A DNA stretch of 64,000 nt from Octopus vulgaris (GCA_951406725.2 OX597824.1:1054001-1118000); one strand, 5' to 3'; positions 1 through 13,817 are shown, numbered from the stretch's first letter. The notes: generated by a model from the sequence alone, not told the origin. Numbers and translations are program-made.

Positions 1-1185
1 AAGGAGGTGTACTTGCGCAGACTGAGACTGATTCTTAAGTCGAAATTAAATGGACGGAATAAGATCGAAGCTATCAACACCTGGGCGGTTTCACTCCTCA
101 GATATGGAGCAGGGGTAATTGCACGGACAGTAGACGAATTAAACAGCTTAGACAGAAAGACAAGGAAGTTGCTAACTAGATATGGAATATTCTACCCCAA
201 AAGTGGCACAGACAGAGTGTATGTACCAAGAAAAAGAGGGAGAAGAGGACTGATTCGATGCGAACACAACATTAGAACATGGTATGTAAAAAGATGCCAC
301 AGAACCGCTGTTATTAGAAGTAGGAAGGTCGGGCTTGTATAGGATGGAAGATTGCAAAGATAAAGCACTATACAAGAAATTGAAAACTAATGAAATTGAA
401 AATAGGTGAATAAAGAAAAGAATGCAAGGACAATTTCATAGGGATGTTGAAGATAAGACAGACAGAGAAAGAAGATGGCTGTGGATGACTAAAAGGGATT
501 TAAAATCGAAACAGGCTCTAATCTGTGCTGCCCAAGAGCAAGCACTAAGAACAAACTGCATAAAATAAAGAATAGACAGCACATCAGAAAACGCTAAGTG
601 CAGAATCCGTTGACAAAACGGTGAAACCGTATGGCATATTACCAGCCGATGTACGCCACTAGCCCAGAAGGAATATAAGAGACGCCACGACAATATAGCC
701 AGGCTTGTCCATTGGACACTTTGCAACAAGTATGGACTTGACAGTGCAAAAATTTGGTACGACAACAACCCCAAAGGCATCGTCGAAAATAGAAATGCAA
801 AGATCCTATGGGATTTTATGATTCAGTGCGACCATGAGATTGAGAATAGGAAGCCAGACATAGTCTTAATTGAGAAAGAAAACAAACTATGCTGGATCAA
901 AAATGTAGCATGCCCAGCTGTCAACAAGATATGCGACAAGGAAGAAAGAAAATCGAGAGATATGACAGGTTAGCTTGGGAAGTTAAGCAGTTGTGGTCGA
1001 TGGAAAAGGTAGCAGTAGTACCAATAATTGTTGGAGCCCTGGGAACAGTGAGCAAAAATCTCGAGAAGTACGTGGAACAAAAGGGGTTGCAATAAGGGTG
1101 GAGCACTTGCAGAAAACAGCACTACTTGTGACCGCTCGAATACTGCGGAAGGTGCTCGAAAAATAAAAGGTGTTACCTTAGTTCA
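1..1185 (+). mobile_element. R4/Dong-like non-LTR retrotransposon, 3' part, frameshifted
   Basis: AINTWAVSLLRYGAG, YVPRKRGRRGL, decayed CCHC, KRRHDN, ILWDF..DHEIENRKPDIV (RLE nuclease), VPIIVGALG; (TAA)n tract nearby. Confidence 0.85.
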
Positions 1186-1394
1186 CATTATCATCTTATA
1201 TTCCAATTACTCTTAAAACGAACTTTTAATTTACTTGTTTTGACAGACATTCTCTAGAACGATACTCTGTGCAAAACCAAATAAATGGTATCCTAGTCAT
1301 AGCACCAACTTCAACGTCTAACTTGTTATCTCTTTTGGGCTCTAGGGGAGACTCAGAATCAACCTGTACAAACACAAAGCAAAAGCCAAACATA

Positions 1395-1437
1395 TAATAA
1401 TAATTAATAATTATTATTATTATGAATAATGATAATC

Positions 1438-1504
<67 letters not shown>

Positions 1505-1572
1505 TGATGATGATAACAATAATAATAACAACAATGACGACGACAATGATAATGATGGTGATGGTGATGGTG
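1395..1572. repeat. (TAA)n/(TGA)n microsatellite
   Basis: Read directly; many other (TA)n, (CA)n, (TATG)n and (GATA)n tracts occur across the window. Confidence 0.95.
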
Positions 1573-1589
1573 ATTTCATTTATTTTCCA

Positions 1590-2160
1590 CCAGGGCGAAG
1601 GATGAGGGGAAGAATACACAGAGACATAGGGTGGGTTTTTACATATAAATAAACAGATAAATAAATGAATAAATGAATAATGAGCCAGTATAGGCGGTAT
1701 GCAATGAAAAGGAAATGGAATATAGTATTGAAAGGTAAACCTAAAAGGGAGTGGAAATAATAGTGATGTAATCCTCCTGATACAAGGGAACCTCTGGGAA
1801 TAACCTAGGAATACCCACCGTCCAAGATCTCCCTGAAAACCAAGGTCAAGTGCCCTCTCTAAAAATCCTTTCTTCGACTCAGAGGTCTATTCTTATAGAG
1901 TTACCATCCACGCTTGCCTTCTTCGCAAATTTCACCCACCTTTCAATAAACTCACACGAGAACAGCAATTCCCACTCCAGCCTCAATTTCCTTTTTGATG
2001 TCAAATTTGAAAAAGTCAGACTAAAGAGGAATATATCTGTCCTCATATCTTTCAGTCTCGTCCACCAGACAACCTCTTTCTCCACAGCCACTAGGCTCCT
2101 TTCATGGGGCAGGCAAAGCAGTTACCTGCCCGATTAAAGGGGGGTGGCGGGAGCAATCAT
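1590..2160 (-). mobile_element. Tx1/L1-like LINE 3' remnant
   Basis: KEVVWWTRLK...KRKLRLEWELL...FIERWV resembles the C-terminus of the 2816-3535 element. Confidence 0.5.
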
Positions 2161-2815
2161 CACTAAGGACTTGGAATTCGCGACCTTGAAATGATTTGAT
2201 TCTAGTAATATATTTTGGATAAGATAGAATCAGCTGGACGAATTGTGAATAACAAGGCTACAAATTTAAAATTACAGGCACAATCCCCTTAATGGACTTC
2301 TATATAGTTTCCGGTCACCTAATTTCATTCACAATTTGTAGAAAAGCCTGAAGCTACAGAAAATTACATTTGCCCAAGCTATTGTTCAGTGGAATCAAAT
2401 TTGGAACTCGAAATTGCGTTAAAAGACTGGGGATTGAGTGCCCAACATATGTAGGCTGACCAAGAGATTTGAACGCAGAACGCTAAGAGCCGGAATAAAT
2501 GCTGTAAGTCATCTGTCACGTGTTGCAGTTTTCTCTGTCTGTGCCTTGAACTGGAAGAATGTTTATCAATCAAGAATCAATGAAAGGTAAAGTTAACTTC
2601 AGTGGGTTTTGAACGCAGATCGCCAGTTATGAAAATGATAATTGTGTGACATTTTATTCAATGTTCTCTGCACGGGAAAATTAAAGAACAGCTAAACATC
2701 AGGTATGAGGAAATTTTTCTTTCATGCTGGAAGATCAGATTGGATTTGACTGACAACTGATAAGGCCCCATAATACTTATGTATGCAAGGGAGGCAAGCT
2801 GGCAGAATCGTTAGC

Positions 2816-3535
2816 ACACTGACCAGTCTGTTCCAACGTACATTCGGGCCGAAGGCACTGGATAACTTCCAGAGGTCTTTGGCATGGCAATGTTACCGAG
2901 GAGCTTTACCTGTCCGAGACAAGCTCACAAGTCATGGTGGCCCTGGCCCACCTACCTGTCTAAGATGTAGGCGGGACAAGGAAAGCGTCCAGCACGCTCT
3001 TGTTCAGTGTCAGATGTGTGGGTATATGCCGAACAACTGTTGTCAAGTACAGGAAGAGTACAGTGGATTTCTTATCGAAAGGAGGTAAGAATTGCTTTCT
3101 CATCGTAGCAGGAATTGCGAGAAATGTGATTTGGAAGACACGCGGGCAAAGGTTAATAACAAGCATTTTTATCTCTGGCCCTAGATTGGTGAATTTCTTC
3201 ACCTTCCACCTAAGAAGGAAATTAGGGTTAGAGAAAAAATGCCTGTCCGCGAAAATGTTCCAAGATCGATGGAAGAATGTCGCACGAATGTTGTGTATGG
3301 ATGGAACCGCAGGAAGAACCGAAAGCATCAGTGGTGAGACGGGGCTCCTGGGGTCCGAGCATATCCCGCCTCCCCACTCCATCTGTAATGTCTTGCATAT
3401 GTTATCATTCGAACTATTCATATTATGTAAAAAAATTTAAATTCATATTTTTGTTAATTAATACGTGAAATCTGACCCCATATCAAATTGTAATGTCCCC
3501 TCTTCGTTGTCTCCTTGTGGGAAATAAAAAAAAAA
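2816..3535 (+). mobile_element. Tx1/L1-like LINE 3' fragment with poly(A), nested in a SINE
   Basis: LDNFQRSLAWQCYRGALPVRDKL and CLRC..ESVQHAL zinc knuckle; ends aataaaaaaaaaa; SINE head at 2791-2816, SINE body resumes about 3538. Confidence 0.75.
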
Positions 3536-3881
3536 TTGCGAAATACTTAGCAGTATTTCGTCTGCTGTTACGTTCTGAGTTCAAATTCCACCGAGGTCGA
3601 CTTTTCCCTTCATCCTTCTTGGGGTCGATTAAATAAGTATCAGTTAAGCACTGGGTCGATGTAATCGACTTAATCCGTTTGTCTGTCCTTGTTTGTCCCC
3701 TTTGTGTTTAGCCCCCTGTGGGCAATAAAGAACTAAATATTTATGTATGCACGCATAAACATTCAAACACGCACAGAACATACATTTTGATCGGCTGTGA
3801 ATCGAAGCCAGCACATGGCTTATCAAAGTTAGTTAAGTTCAATGCATGAAACTCTCGGCTCGAATCGTTTATGTACACGCA

Positions 3882-3955
<74 letters not shown>

Positions 3956-4912
3956 TTGTGTTTTGTTTCACCTGTTTGCTCCACGACAACAAATGCACGC
4001 GCACACACGCAAACCTATGATTATATAAAATAGCGCAGGTATGGCTGTTGTTAAGAAGTTTTCATCCCAACCAAGTGATTTCGAATTGTGTACTATTGCG
4101 TGATTGCGTGACACCTTGAGCAAGTGTCGTCTACTATAGCTCCGTGCCCACCAAAGGTTAGTAAGTGGATTTTGTCGATGGAAACAGGAAAGAAGTCGTC
4201 AAATATATGCGTATGTTTGTGTCTCCTCGCATTCACATTGCGTGATAGTCGTAAATGAGCGTCACAGTCATATAAGCGGTGTCATTCAGTACAGTTTTCT
4301 TTATAGTCTACAGGCAAGCGAGAGAAAATGAAAAATTCGAAGTCTCACCTTACGATGAAACACATGCGGATTGGTGTCAGGAAGGGCAGCTAACCATTCA
4401 AGTTTCTTTGGCCCATACAAGCAAGGAGCAACGAGAGGACATTAAAACGGTTATGATGATTATGCATGGACGTGTAGCTGAGAAGCTCGCCTTGCAGCCA
4501 TATATATATATATATGTCTATGTGTGTGCGCGAGTGTGAAGTCGCGTGGTCAAACGGTTAGGGCATTGCACTCGATGTCACCAGATCATGAGTTCTATCC
4601 ACGGACCGTACAGTGCGTTGTGTTCTTGAGCAACACAATTCATTCCCAGTTGCCCCAGTCCGCTCAGCGGTAAATGGGTCACCCTACGACGGACTCGCCT
4701 TCCGCTCAAGGGGTGAATGTTGGCCTGCTCGCCCAGCCAGCCGGGTGGCATCGTTCGAAAACTAAAACAATGCCAAGTGCACTGTGATCAGCGATACTGG
4801 GATATATATATATATATATATGTGTGTGCATGTATATACATATATAAAATAGTCATCAGGTATCAAATATTTATATAAAGCATTGAAGATAAAATCAAGT
4901 ACTTTTATAACG

Positions 4913-6170
4913 CAGGGTATTCGGGCTAAATTTGAGGATTTGCGTATGTCTCTTTTTCTCAAGAACGGCTTGATGTGTTGGTGAATAGTCAACGGCGTTG
5001 GAGAGCATGATGATTAAAGTTGAATTTGAGTACAAGTTAAATGACACGAAGCACTGGAAACCACCCGAATATTGGAAAAGCGTTACTTCTATGATGATGG
5101 TTCGTGCCGATGTTATGACTGCTGCTCAATCCCCTGCGAACACTGAAAAGGCTGTGAGACGTGACATGGCAGCTGCAACGAAGGCTACGGAGCCGTGGCC
5201 AGAGGAAAGGGACACAGCGGGTGTTCTGATCGCGTCCGTACACCGGAATTCATCCAAAAACTTCAGGAAAAGTTGACGAAAGATCCAAGTAAGGAAATCC
5301 GGGCTTTAGTGAAAGGGATCGGTGTTGAAGTCGTCACCACAAAGCTGGCCCTGATTGTGAGCCTTCGCTACTTCACGTACAAGAGGTATGATGGACAAAT
5401 TCTGACAGCCAAGGCCAAGGAGAACCGTTTCACGAAGGCAAAGAATCTCCTAAACAAGCTGTGGCGTCTTGTTGAGCCAAAGACGATCTGGTTCTTCTCA
5501 GATGATAAGAATTCTGCCAGAACCTGTAACACAACACCTTGAACAACGGATGACTTGCCTACAATCCATGTGATGTCTCACATATAAAACTCTGATGGTT
5601 TTGGGGTGTGTCTCTGATGATCATGATGTCATGCTGCCCCACGTCTCTGAACAGGGCCTTTGATTCAATTCAGATGACTATCTAAAGCTGTTAAAGACTG
5701 TGGTCAAATCCTGGCTAGAGAAGGCACTGCTGGATGGCCATATGTGTGGCAGCAGGATTCAACTCCTTGCCATGTCTCAGGAAAGACTTCACCAGTTCCA
5801 ATTTCTGGCCACCTAATTCCCCAACTGTAATCCTATGAACTACAATGTGTAGGGTACAGTTGAGAAAGACAACAACTGGTCTGCCTGCAATACCAACGGC
5901 AAGTCGGTGGCCAAGCTCAAGGACGTGTTCAAAGATCTCTCCAGGGACATAGCGAGGAACACATGCACTAGTTTCCGGCGTCGTTCTGAAACTATCGTGG
6001 AAGCTGGGGAGGCGGGGGAGGGTCAGTTACTTTGGCGATTACCTGTTATCTCCCTGCCATAATCGAGTTGATATTTCTTGATTTTTGAAAATGTATTTTA
6101 TTTTGGAATGGAATATTGTCTTTTGTTGTTTCATTTTATGTAAAGTGTCAAATTTAGCCCAAATACCATA
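4913..6170 (+). mobile_element. Tc1/mariner-superfamily (maT-like) transposon, decayed transposase
   Basis: TIRs cagggtattcgggctaaatttga (4913-4935) and tcaaatttagcccaaataccata (6148-6170); motifs WFFSDDKN, WQQDS.PCH, FWPPNSPNCNPMNY; frameshifts and stops. Confidence 0.85.
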
Positions 6171-6308
<138 letters not shown>

Positions 6309-7260
6309 CACACATATATATACATATATATATGTGTGTGTGTGTATAGGTATATATATATATATATGTGTGTATGCATGTATGAATGTGCGTATGTATG
6401 TATATGTGTGTATGCAAGTATGTATGTATGTGCGCGCATGCGTGTGTGTCTTTGTGTTTGTTATCTCCTCCCACCGCTTGACACCCTGTGTTAGTTTGCT
6501 TACGTCCCTTTAACACAATAGTTCGGCAGAAAACGATCGAATGTGTACCAGCATTACAAAAATGCATTCAGGTTGATTTCGTCGACTAAACCGTTCAAGG
6601 TGGTGCCCCAGCATGGCCGCTATTTAATAACTGAAACTGGTAAGCGATAGAAGAAGAAAAAGCCGAAGTCTGAGAATCAGTAATCTTGTGGTAGCGTTCT
6701 GCTTTTATTTAATGGCGAAGATAGGTTTGCACTTCCGTACTTTGAAAGCCAATTAAAATTAATTCAAAAGTTATTACAACTTATTACATATATAGATAAA
6801 GGAATATTGAAAAATGCTTGTTAAATTCTCAATTAGTTGTAAAGGAACGCTTTGAAAAGAAATAAATCAAACAATACCAATTTCTATGAATTGCGTTTCC
6901 TTCAAACTTTCTACTGCACTCAGACACACGGTACTTAACTTTCTGGAAGACCATCGGGATTCTCCACCTCTTGTTAAAATAATTAATTAAAATTAATGAA
7001 CTATCCGTCTCTGCTGACGATAGAATTTCTGAACTCACTGACTGAAAAACAGATTCGTTTTTAATTGGAGAGAAAAAAAAAACCCAAGAAAACCTGATCG
7101 GTGTATTATGAAATCGCATTCATTGATAGGTGTATCACGTGAATTTTATTAATGTTAAAACTTGCGTTTCCAATAATTAGTTTTTACACACACATGTACG
7201 TGCGTGTGCATGTATGTATGTATGTATGTATGTATGTATGTATGTATGTATGTATGTATG

Positions 7261-7519
7261 TTACACACCATACCTATCATATCTGTCGGGCATGTGGAAG
7301 AGAATGTAATTCGGCAGGAGGACTTAAACGACATGGAAAGGTACATGAAGCCCAGTTACAACTACAGCCGGCTATTACCAGTAAATGATTTTGTTGCCAA
7401 TTTTGTACAAGACATTGTAGATCTTTAGCTGGGCTAAAAAGTCACATTCGATCACAGCACCAGTATTAGTTTAGCTCCGTGCAATGGCCATACTCGATAA
7501 CGAGGGGGCAGCCATCACA
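7261..7519 (+). mobile_element. RTE-like LINE 3' end inside (TATG)n
   Basis: Two C2H2-like motifs (CRACGREC...LKRH; CQFCTRHC...LKSHIRSQH) plus a short 3' UTR. Confidence 0.6.
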
Positions 7520-8000
7520 TGTATGTATGTATGTATGTATGTATGTATGTATGTATGTATGTATGTATGTATGTATGTATGTATGTATGGTGGAATTTCA
7601 CGTCGAAGGCGCAGTATGAGTGTTCAGTTTTCCTGAACGATTATGCACAAATGATTCTATTTATACTAATGCACAGCTCATACGTTCGATCACTATAAAC
7701 TTTATGGTGATCAGAAATATGTGCTGTACATCAGCTCACTTCTTCCGTCAAATCGACGACGTTGTCTGAACAGGAGCACATTGTGCGAAGCAACAGGTGT
7801 CGGAGGGGATCGCAGAACAACGTGAAATAAAGTATTTTACTCGGCAGCACAACTCACCACCACTCGGTTCAATAAGTGAATCCATGATCTCGCGTGCGCC
7901 ACCCTAACCGCTAGGCCTCTCGCCCTCACTATGTGTGTGTGTGTGTGTGCGTGTGTGTGTGTGTGTATCTGTGTGTGCGTATGTGTGTACTTTGTACTTA

Positions 8001-8061
<61 letters not shown>

Positions 8062-8064
<3 letters not shown>

Positions 8065-8328
8065 TTCAGCAAAAATTTAGATTCAAATGAATATGGTACT
8101 TAATTTAAATGCACCAGAATTCTGTATGGTGTTATCCATAAAAATATTTGTGGGGTGATTATAATCAAAATAAGCAACAAGAATGACTCCGGTAATTTGG
8201 TACGATCGTTTCGTACTACATCATTTTATTAAATGTTGTAAGTATTACAACAGTTTTAAAATGCTGAGCACTCATCAGCCAATTATAGAGGTTTTCCATT
8301 GACACAAAATTCTTGTTGCTTATTTTGA

Positions 8329-8330
<2 letters not shown>
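8062..8330 (-). mobile_element. About 270-bp HHR-bearing unit (Penelope pLTR / retrozyme-like) inside (TA)n
   Basis: (TA)n on both sides; exact 20-bp inverted repeat 8165-8184 / 8309-8328 brackets the HHR. Confidence 0.6.
8193..8285 (-). ncRNA. Type I hammerhead ribozyme with canonical core
   Basis: Minus strand reads taattgg CTGATGA gtgct...agtac GAAA CGATCG TA ccaaatta. Stems I and II pair; stem III is the palindrome ACGATCGT; predicted cleavage after GUA (8201). Confidence 0.8.
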
Positions 8331-8391
<61 letters not shown>

Positions 8392-8394
<3 letters not shown>

Positions 8395-9167
8395 CTTAGA
8401 ATAACTTAGAAAGGTTTTGGCCAGTATTGGCCCAGGCCATGTCTAACTTAATAGCACCACCTGTCGAAGTCTTTCAGTTCAGGATTTGGGCACCAAGGCC
8501 CATTCGAGCAGAGAGTTATTGTTTGCGGAGACATATCCGGGTGCGGGTGGTTTGTCCGGTACTGTTTGAAGGAATTTGTCCAAAGACTTCTTGAATTTTG
8601 TGTGGTCAGTTTCTTTTTTGACGTGTCCTGGTGTAATGTTGAAGAGAGCGGGTCCAATTGAGGTGAAATAGTTGTGCCGTATTGTCGTTATGTGATGCGA
8701 TTTAGATTTTTGTTGTGGACGGATGGCACGTGGTCCAAGCCTTGGATGTATTTTGAAGGTGATGCCAACATCATTCGGACAGTGCTGATGGAATATTTTC
8801 CACATCATACAGATAATGTAGCGTTCACGGCGTCGTTGGAGTGAATACAATTTCAGCTTCTCTAGTCTACCCCAGTAGTCAAGGTCTGACATGCCATCTA
8901 TCCTTTTTGTGATTGACCTTTGGGGAGCTTCAATTCTCATAATATTTTGTTTTGTGTAGGGAGACCACAGTGGACAGCAGTATTCAAGGTGGGGTCGGGC
9001 AAAAGTGGAGAAGAGAAGAATAATAGCGTGGGAATCTCTCGACTGGAAGGTTCTGAGAATCCAGGAACACATTCTGCGGGCCATGTCAACTTTGCTGCTT
9101 ATATGTGTAGCCCAGCTTATGTTGTTGTCCACTATTACTCCCAAGTCTCTGATGTTGTTGGATGCCA
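8392..9167 (-). mobile_element. CR1/L2-group LINE, 5'-truncated, open RT C-terminus
   Basis: DLGVIVD..., [24 protein letters not shown]; about 230 codons without a stop; tandem tail (ttctaagtta); inserted in (TA)n. Confidence 0.88.
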
Positions 9168-9176
9168 ATATATATA

Positions 9177-9219
<43 letters not shown>

Positions 9220-9231
9220 ATATATATATAC

Positions 9232-9281
<50 letters not shown>

Positions 9282-9525
9282 ATATATATATATATGTAAG
9301 TATATATATATGTATATATAGATATATATATATGTATATATAATATATATATATATAATATATATATATATATACGTATGTATATATGACCGTGGTGTTC
9401 CAGTACGTAAGCCGTGTATTAGCTATGGCAGCAGAAGTTCGGCATTACCTTCTGCCGGAACCGCATGGAGCCGTGTGGATTTGGTAGACGGAAACTGGAA
9501 GAATCCCGTCGTATATATGTATATA

Positions 9526-10253
9526 TGTAGTGGCGTCAGGCAGGCCTAGCGTGGATTCGATCCTCGATCGCCAAATTTTACTTAACAGGTCAACAGCACT
9601 TTTCTCACGGTAAAACAATAGTTTTTTTGTGAGTGACAACAGTTACATTTACCTGATCCCTTCGCTAAACCGGAATAATGCCTTCGCCACTTGATTCTTC
9701 TAACCTCTTCTATGCCATCAAAAGCTAGAAGAGAGATAACAGACCTCTAAGGAAGTCTATTGTTCCCAGCAATATGCCCATCCTTCTGGCTGGTTTTGGG
9801 TAGTTATAAAAACAAGAACTCCGTAAGCCAAAGTCAGTTGGTGAGAGCGACTGACAGAGAGGCTGCTGTTGGGCTCAAGCGAAATGCTGTCTCGACTAAG
9901 ATAACTTCTCAGAGTGACAACTATGGAATTAACCAACTATGGAATGAAGCTGTCTCGTCCCACACTCTCTCGCTTTCATTAACTCAATTTCTTTTGTCTG
10001 CAACATTACCATAACTCTATATATCTATACCACTATGAGATCGTGTACACACCACACATATACAGGCCGAAATTAACTCTTTTTACCTTGCATGCTTTAC
10101 GAAGTGTGTTATACTATTACACTAGCCTATCCGTTGTGGCATGATGTATATTAAAGTAACGGTAAATAAATATTTCTTTACAACCTCGATCACTGTTCCA
10201 TCTTGCATGCTGGCAACCAACTCCTTAACAACAAACCGTTACAGTTGGTGACC
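9526..10253 (+). mobile_element. Putative LTR (TG...CA) with adjacent PBS-like tggtgacc, Gypsy type
   Basis: tgtagtgg at 9526, gttaca at 10243, AATAAA about 10165, then gttggtgacc; interrupts a SINE (9470-9520 / 10440-10645). Confidence 0.55.
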
Positions 10254-10280
10254 TTCCACTTCAACTAAAAACATTACCTT

Positions 10281-10412
<132 letters not shown>

Positions 10413-10788
10413 TGTATGTATGTATGTATGTATGTATATGTTAGTGTGTCTGTGTTTCGACCCCCATCATCTCTTGACAACCGATGTTGGTGTGTTCACG
10501 TCCCCGTAACTTAGCGGTTCGGCAAAAGATATCGATAGAATAAGTACTAGACTTACAATGAATAAGTCCTAGAGTCCAATTGTTCGACTAAAGGCGGTAC
10601 TCCAGCATGACCGCAGTCAAATGACTGAAACAAGTAAAAGAATATATATTCTGCACTTGTTCCAGTCGACGACGGTGCCATTGAGCCGACTCATGATTTT
10701 GCAGATCTCAATTCCGTGTTTATCTTCTATGAATGAAGCTACGTTTGATATGCAGCTTCGGTTCTAAAGGAATATCATTCACTCCTCA

Positions 10789-11204
10789 GAGGCGGCGAGC
10801 TGGCAGAAACGTTAGCACGACGGGCGAAATGCTTAGCGGTATTTCGTCTGCCGTTACGTTGAGAGTTCAAATTCCGCCGAGGTCGACTTTGCCTTTCATC
10901 ATTTCGGGGTCGATAAATTAAGTACCAGTTACGCACTGGGGTCGATGTAATCGACTTAACACCTATGTATGTCCTTGTTTGTCCCCTCTATGTTTAGCCC
11001 CTTGTGGGTAATAAAGAAATAGGTATTTCGTCTGCCGTTACGTTCTGAGTTCAAATTCCGGCGAGGTCGACTTTGCCTTTCATCCTTTCGGGGTCGATAA
11101 ATTAAGTACCAGTTACGCACTGGGGTCGATATAATCGACTTAATCCGTTTGTTTGTCCTTGTTTGTTCCCTCTGTGTGTAACCCCTTGTGGGCAGTAAAG
11201 AAAT
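10789..11204 (+). mobile_element. tRNA-derived SINE family A, head plus two body units
   Basis: A box (tggcagaaacgttagc) and B box (gagttcaaattcc); 22-bp TSD 10767-10788 / 11205-11226. Confidence 0.85.
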
Positions 11205-12411
11205 AAGGAATATCATTCACTTCTCATTCGGTTTGAAGCTATAGAAAACAGGCGTTGAGCACCAAACCAAATGGATTACAGAGATTCTTTGCAATCAAAC
11301 ATATTTTAAGCAAACTATACGGAACCAGGTGTCAGACTTCTCACTAAGCATTTCGCCCGGCGTACCAACGTTTCTGCCAGCTCGCCGCCTCTGAGAAGTG
11401 AATGATATTCCTTTAGAACCGAAGAAAAATATTGGGCGACGCTGAACATGGCTGATGATAATATAGTGTAAAAAAATGTTTTGAATTGTCTTTTTTACTT
11501 GTCAGAAAATGGAACAAAATAAAATATAAAATATATCTAAAAATCAATATTATTCAACGTCTTATAGTGTTTGCTTGTTTGTCTGTTTTTCTCCTTCTTG
11601 TCGCCACATATTTTATCCCATTTCAGCCTTTTAATGCTCCAAGCATTAAATATGCTGACATTAACTTATTTACCGTTCATTATGCAAATGGATTTTCTTT
11701 TAATATTTAAAAAAAAAACAACTCAGACTTTTCTATGTTAACTTCATCACTTGAAAGATTACAAGATTTTATTGCCCAAAGCTTTTCTGTCTCTCTTTTA
11801 TTTCTCCCCACCCCGTACTTTTCATATTGAAAATAATATATATATATATATAACAGCTATATCAACCAGACAATTTATTTTAGAATACTAACAATTCGAC
11901 GTTGAATTAGTTACCAGACAAATCGTTTTGCCGTTTGCAACTAGGATAACGAAAAAATGTTTAACTATGGTAACTCGGAATTGATAGTTAATAATCGAAT
12001 TGAGACAGACAGTGATTGACTTTTTTTGTACCCGAACGTTAATTAAAGGATGTGAGTTTGAGTTAAGACACTCTGATTAAATTTCCTTTGCTTTTCTGTG
12101 TTCATTTTTATGATTAACTATCTATATGTGTGTGTGTATACATGTGTGTGTGTATACATGTGTGTGTGTATACATCTATATGTGTGTGTGTATACATGTG
12201 TGTGCGTGCATGTGTTTTATATATACACAGACAAACACACTCACATATATACAAACATACACACATAAATTACATAAATATACACACACATAAAAATGAT
12301 AAGAGCAAATATTTTGCAGATATAACAAGAATATTTCTTCGGACAAAGATCTAGAAAGAAAGAACTCAATGAAATAGAAATAATTTATATTTGAGAGCTA
12401 AGATGTTTAAT

Positions 12412-12790
12412 TTTTTCTACTATAGGCACAAGGCCTGAAATTTTGGGGGAAGGGGCAAGTTGATTCCATCGATCCCAGTTCTCAACTCCGAAAAGATGAA
12501 AGGCAAAGTCGACTTCGGCGGAATTTGAACTCAGAACGTCGCGGCAGACGAAATACCTATTTCTTTACTACCCACAAGGGGCTAAACACAAAGAGGACAA
12601 ACAAGGACAGACAAACGGATTAAGTCGATTACATCGACCCTAGTGCGTAACTGGTACTTTATTTATCGACTCCGAAAAGATGAAAGGAAAAGTCGACCTC
12701 GGCGGAATTTGAACTCACAACGTAACGGCAGACGAAATACCACTAAGCATTTCGCCCGTCGTGCTAACGTTTCTGCCAGCTCACTGCCTT
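12412..12790 (-). mobile_element. SINE family A composite with two different tails
   Basis: Head at 12790; Tx1-like-tailed body joins at gtatttc to a body ending ccttgtgcctatagtagaaa. Confidence 0.8.
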
Positions 12791-13552
12791 ATTGAAGATA
12801 TGTAACATGTAATAGTAGATTAAATGGGATGATACTTCCAAAGCAGATCAGGTTGTACACATTCAACTACAACGTACATATTACATATATAATTTCCGTG
12901 GACATGGATATAGTTGACTAGCGGAAATGTGTATCAAATATGCACACACACACACACACACACACCTCGCCTTCATCAGCAGGTGGCACATCGAGTTGTT
13001 TAAGAGCGGTACTGGTTGCTTTACAAACGTACGTTAACACAACTCTTAAAACTTCCGATTCCAACTGATCGAGGCAACTACTGATAATTTCACTTCCACA
13101 GTTCCATTTGAAGAGGAAACCATGTCCAAGGAAAAAAAGAGAATAAACAAGATACATTTTTGGTGTGTACGCAACAGAATTTGTTTCTATGTCACACCCT
13201 GATAAAACTACATATCTATCTATCCATATGTGTGTGTGTGTGTGTGTGTGTGTTCAAGCGTTTATTACTCTCATCCAGCGATGTACAGATGTCTCTTTAT
13301 GGTGACCTTACTCGTCATTCCATCTACTAGAAGCCACCGGGCGATGGAAGAATAATGACACGTGCAGACCTAATCAGTTTGAAGCACGCAGTAAGCTACA
13401 GCTTTCGACTGTCACCTGTGCTTCAAATCATGTAGATATTCAGCAAAACTGAATAGTCATTTGAGAGGTCATGGATGGAAAAGTCAGTAATATCATTGAC
13501 AGCGACGAAGCGCAAGGAGATGGCAATTACCCGTGAAGAAGAAGCAATCACC

Positions 13553-13642
<90 letters not shown>

Positions 13643-13753
13643 CCATGATAGATCGTTAGCCACTACACACATTTTTTTCACTTCTTGTTTCTCTCCTTGT
13701 TTCTTTTCTGTGTCCATCTGGAAAATAATTAATTGATAAGTATACTTTAATAT

Positions 13754-13817
<64 letters not shown>

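Noticed and set aside
7152-7428. Host C2H2 zinc-finger gene
   Set aside because: Frameshifted, no splice sites, and fits an RTE LINE 3' end inside (TATG)n.
12965-13046. Possible hammerhead remnant (ACGTACGT palindrome, gagttgt/acaactc stem)
   Set aside because: Both core boxes are corrupted or truncated.
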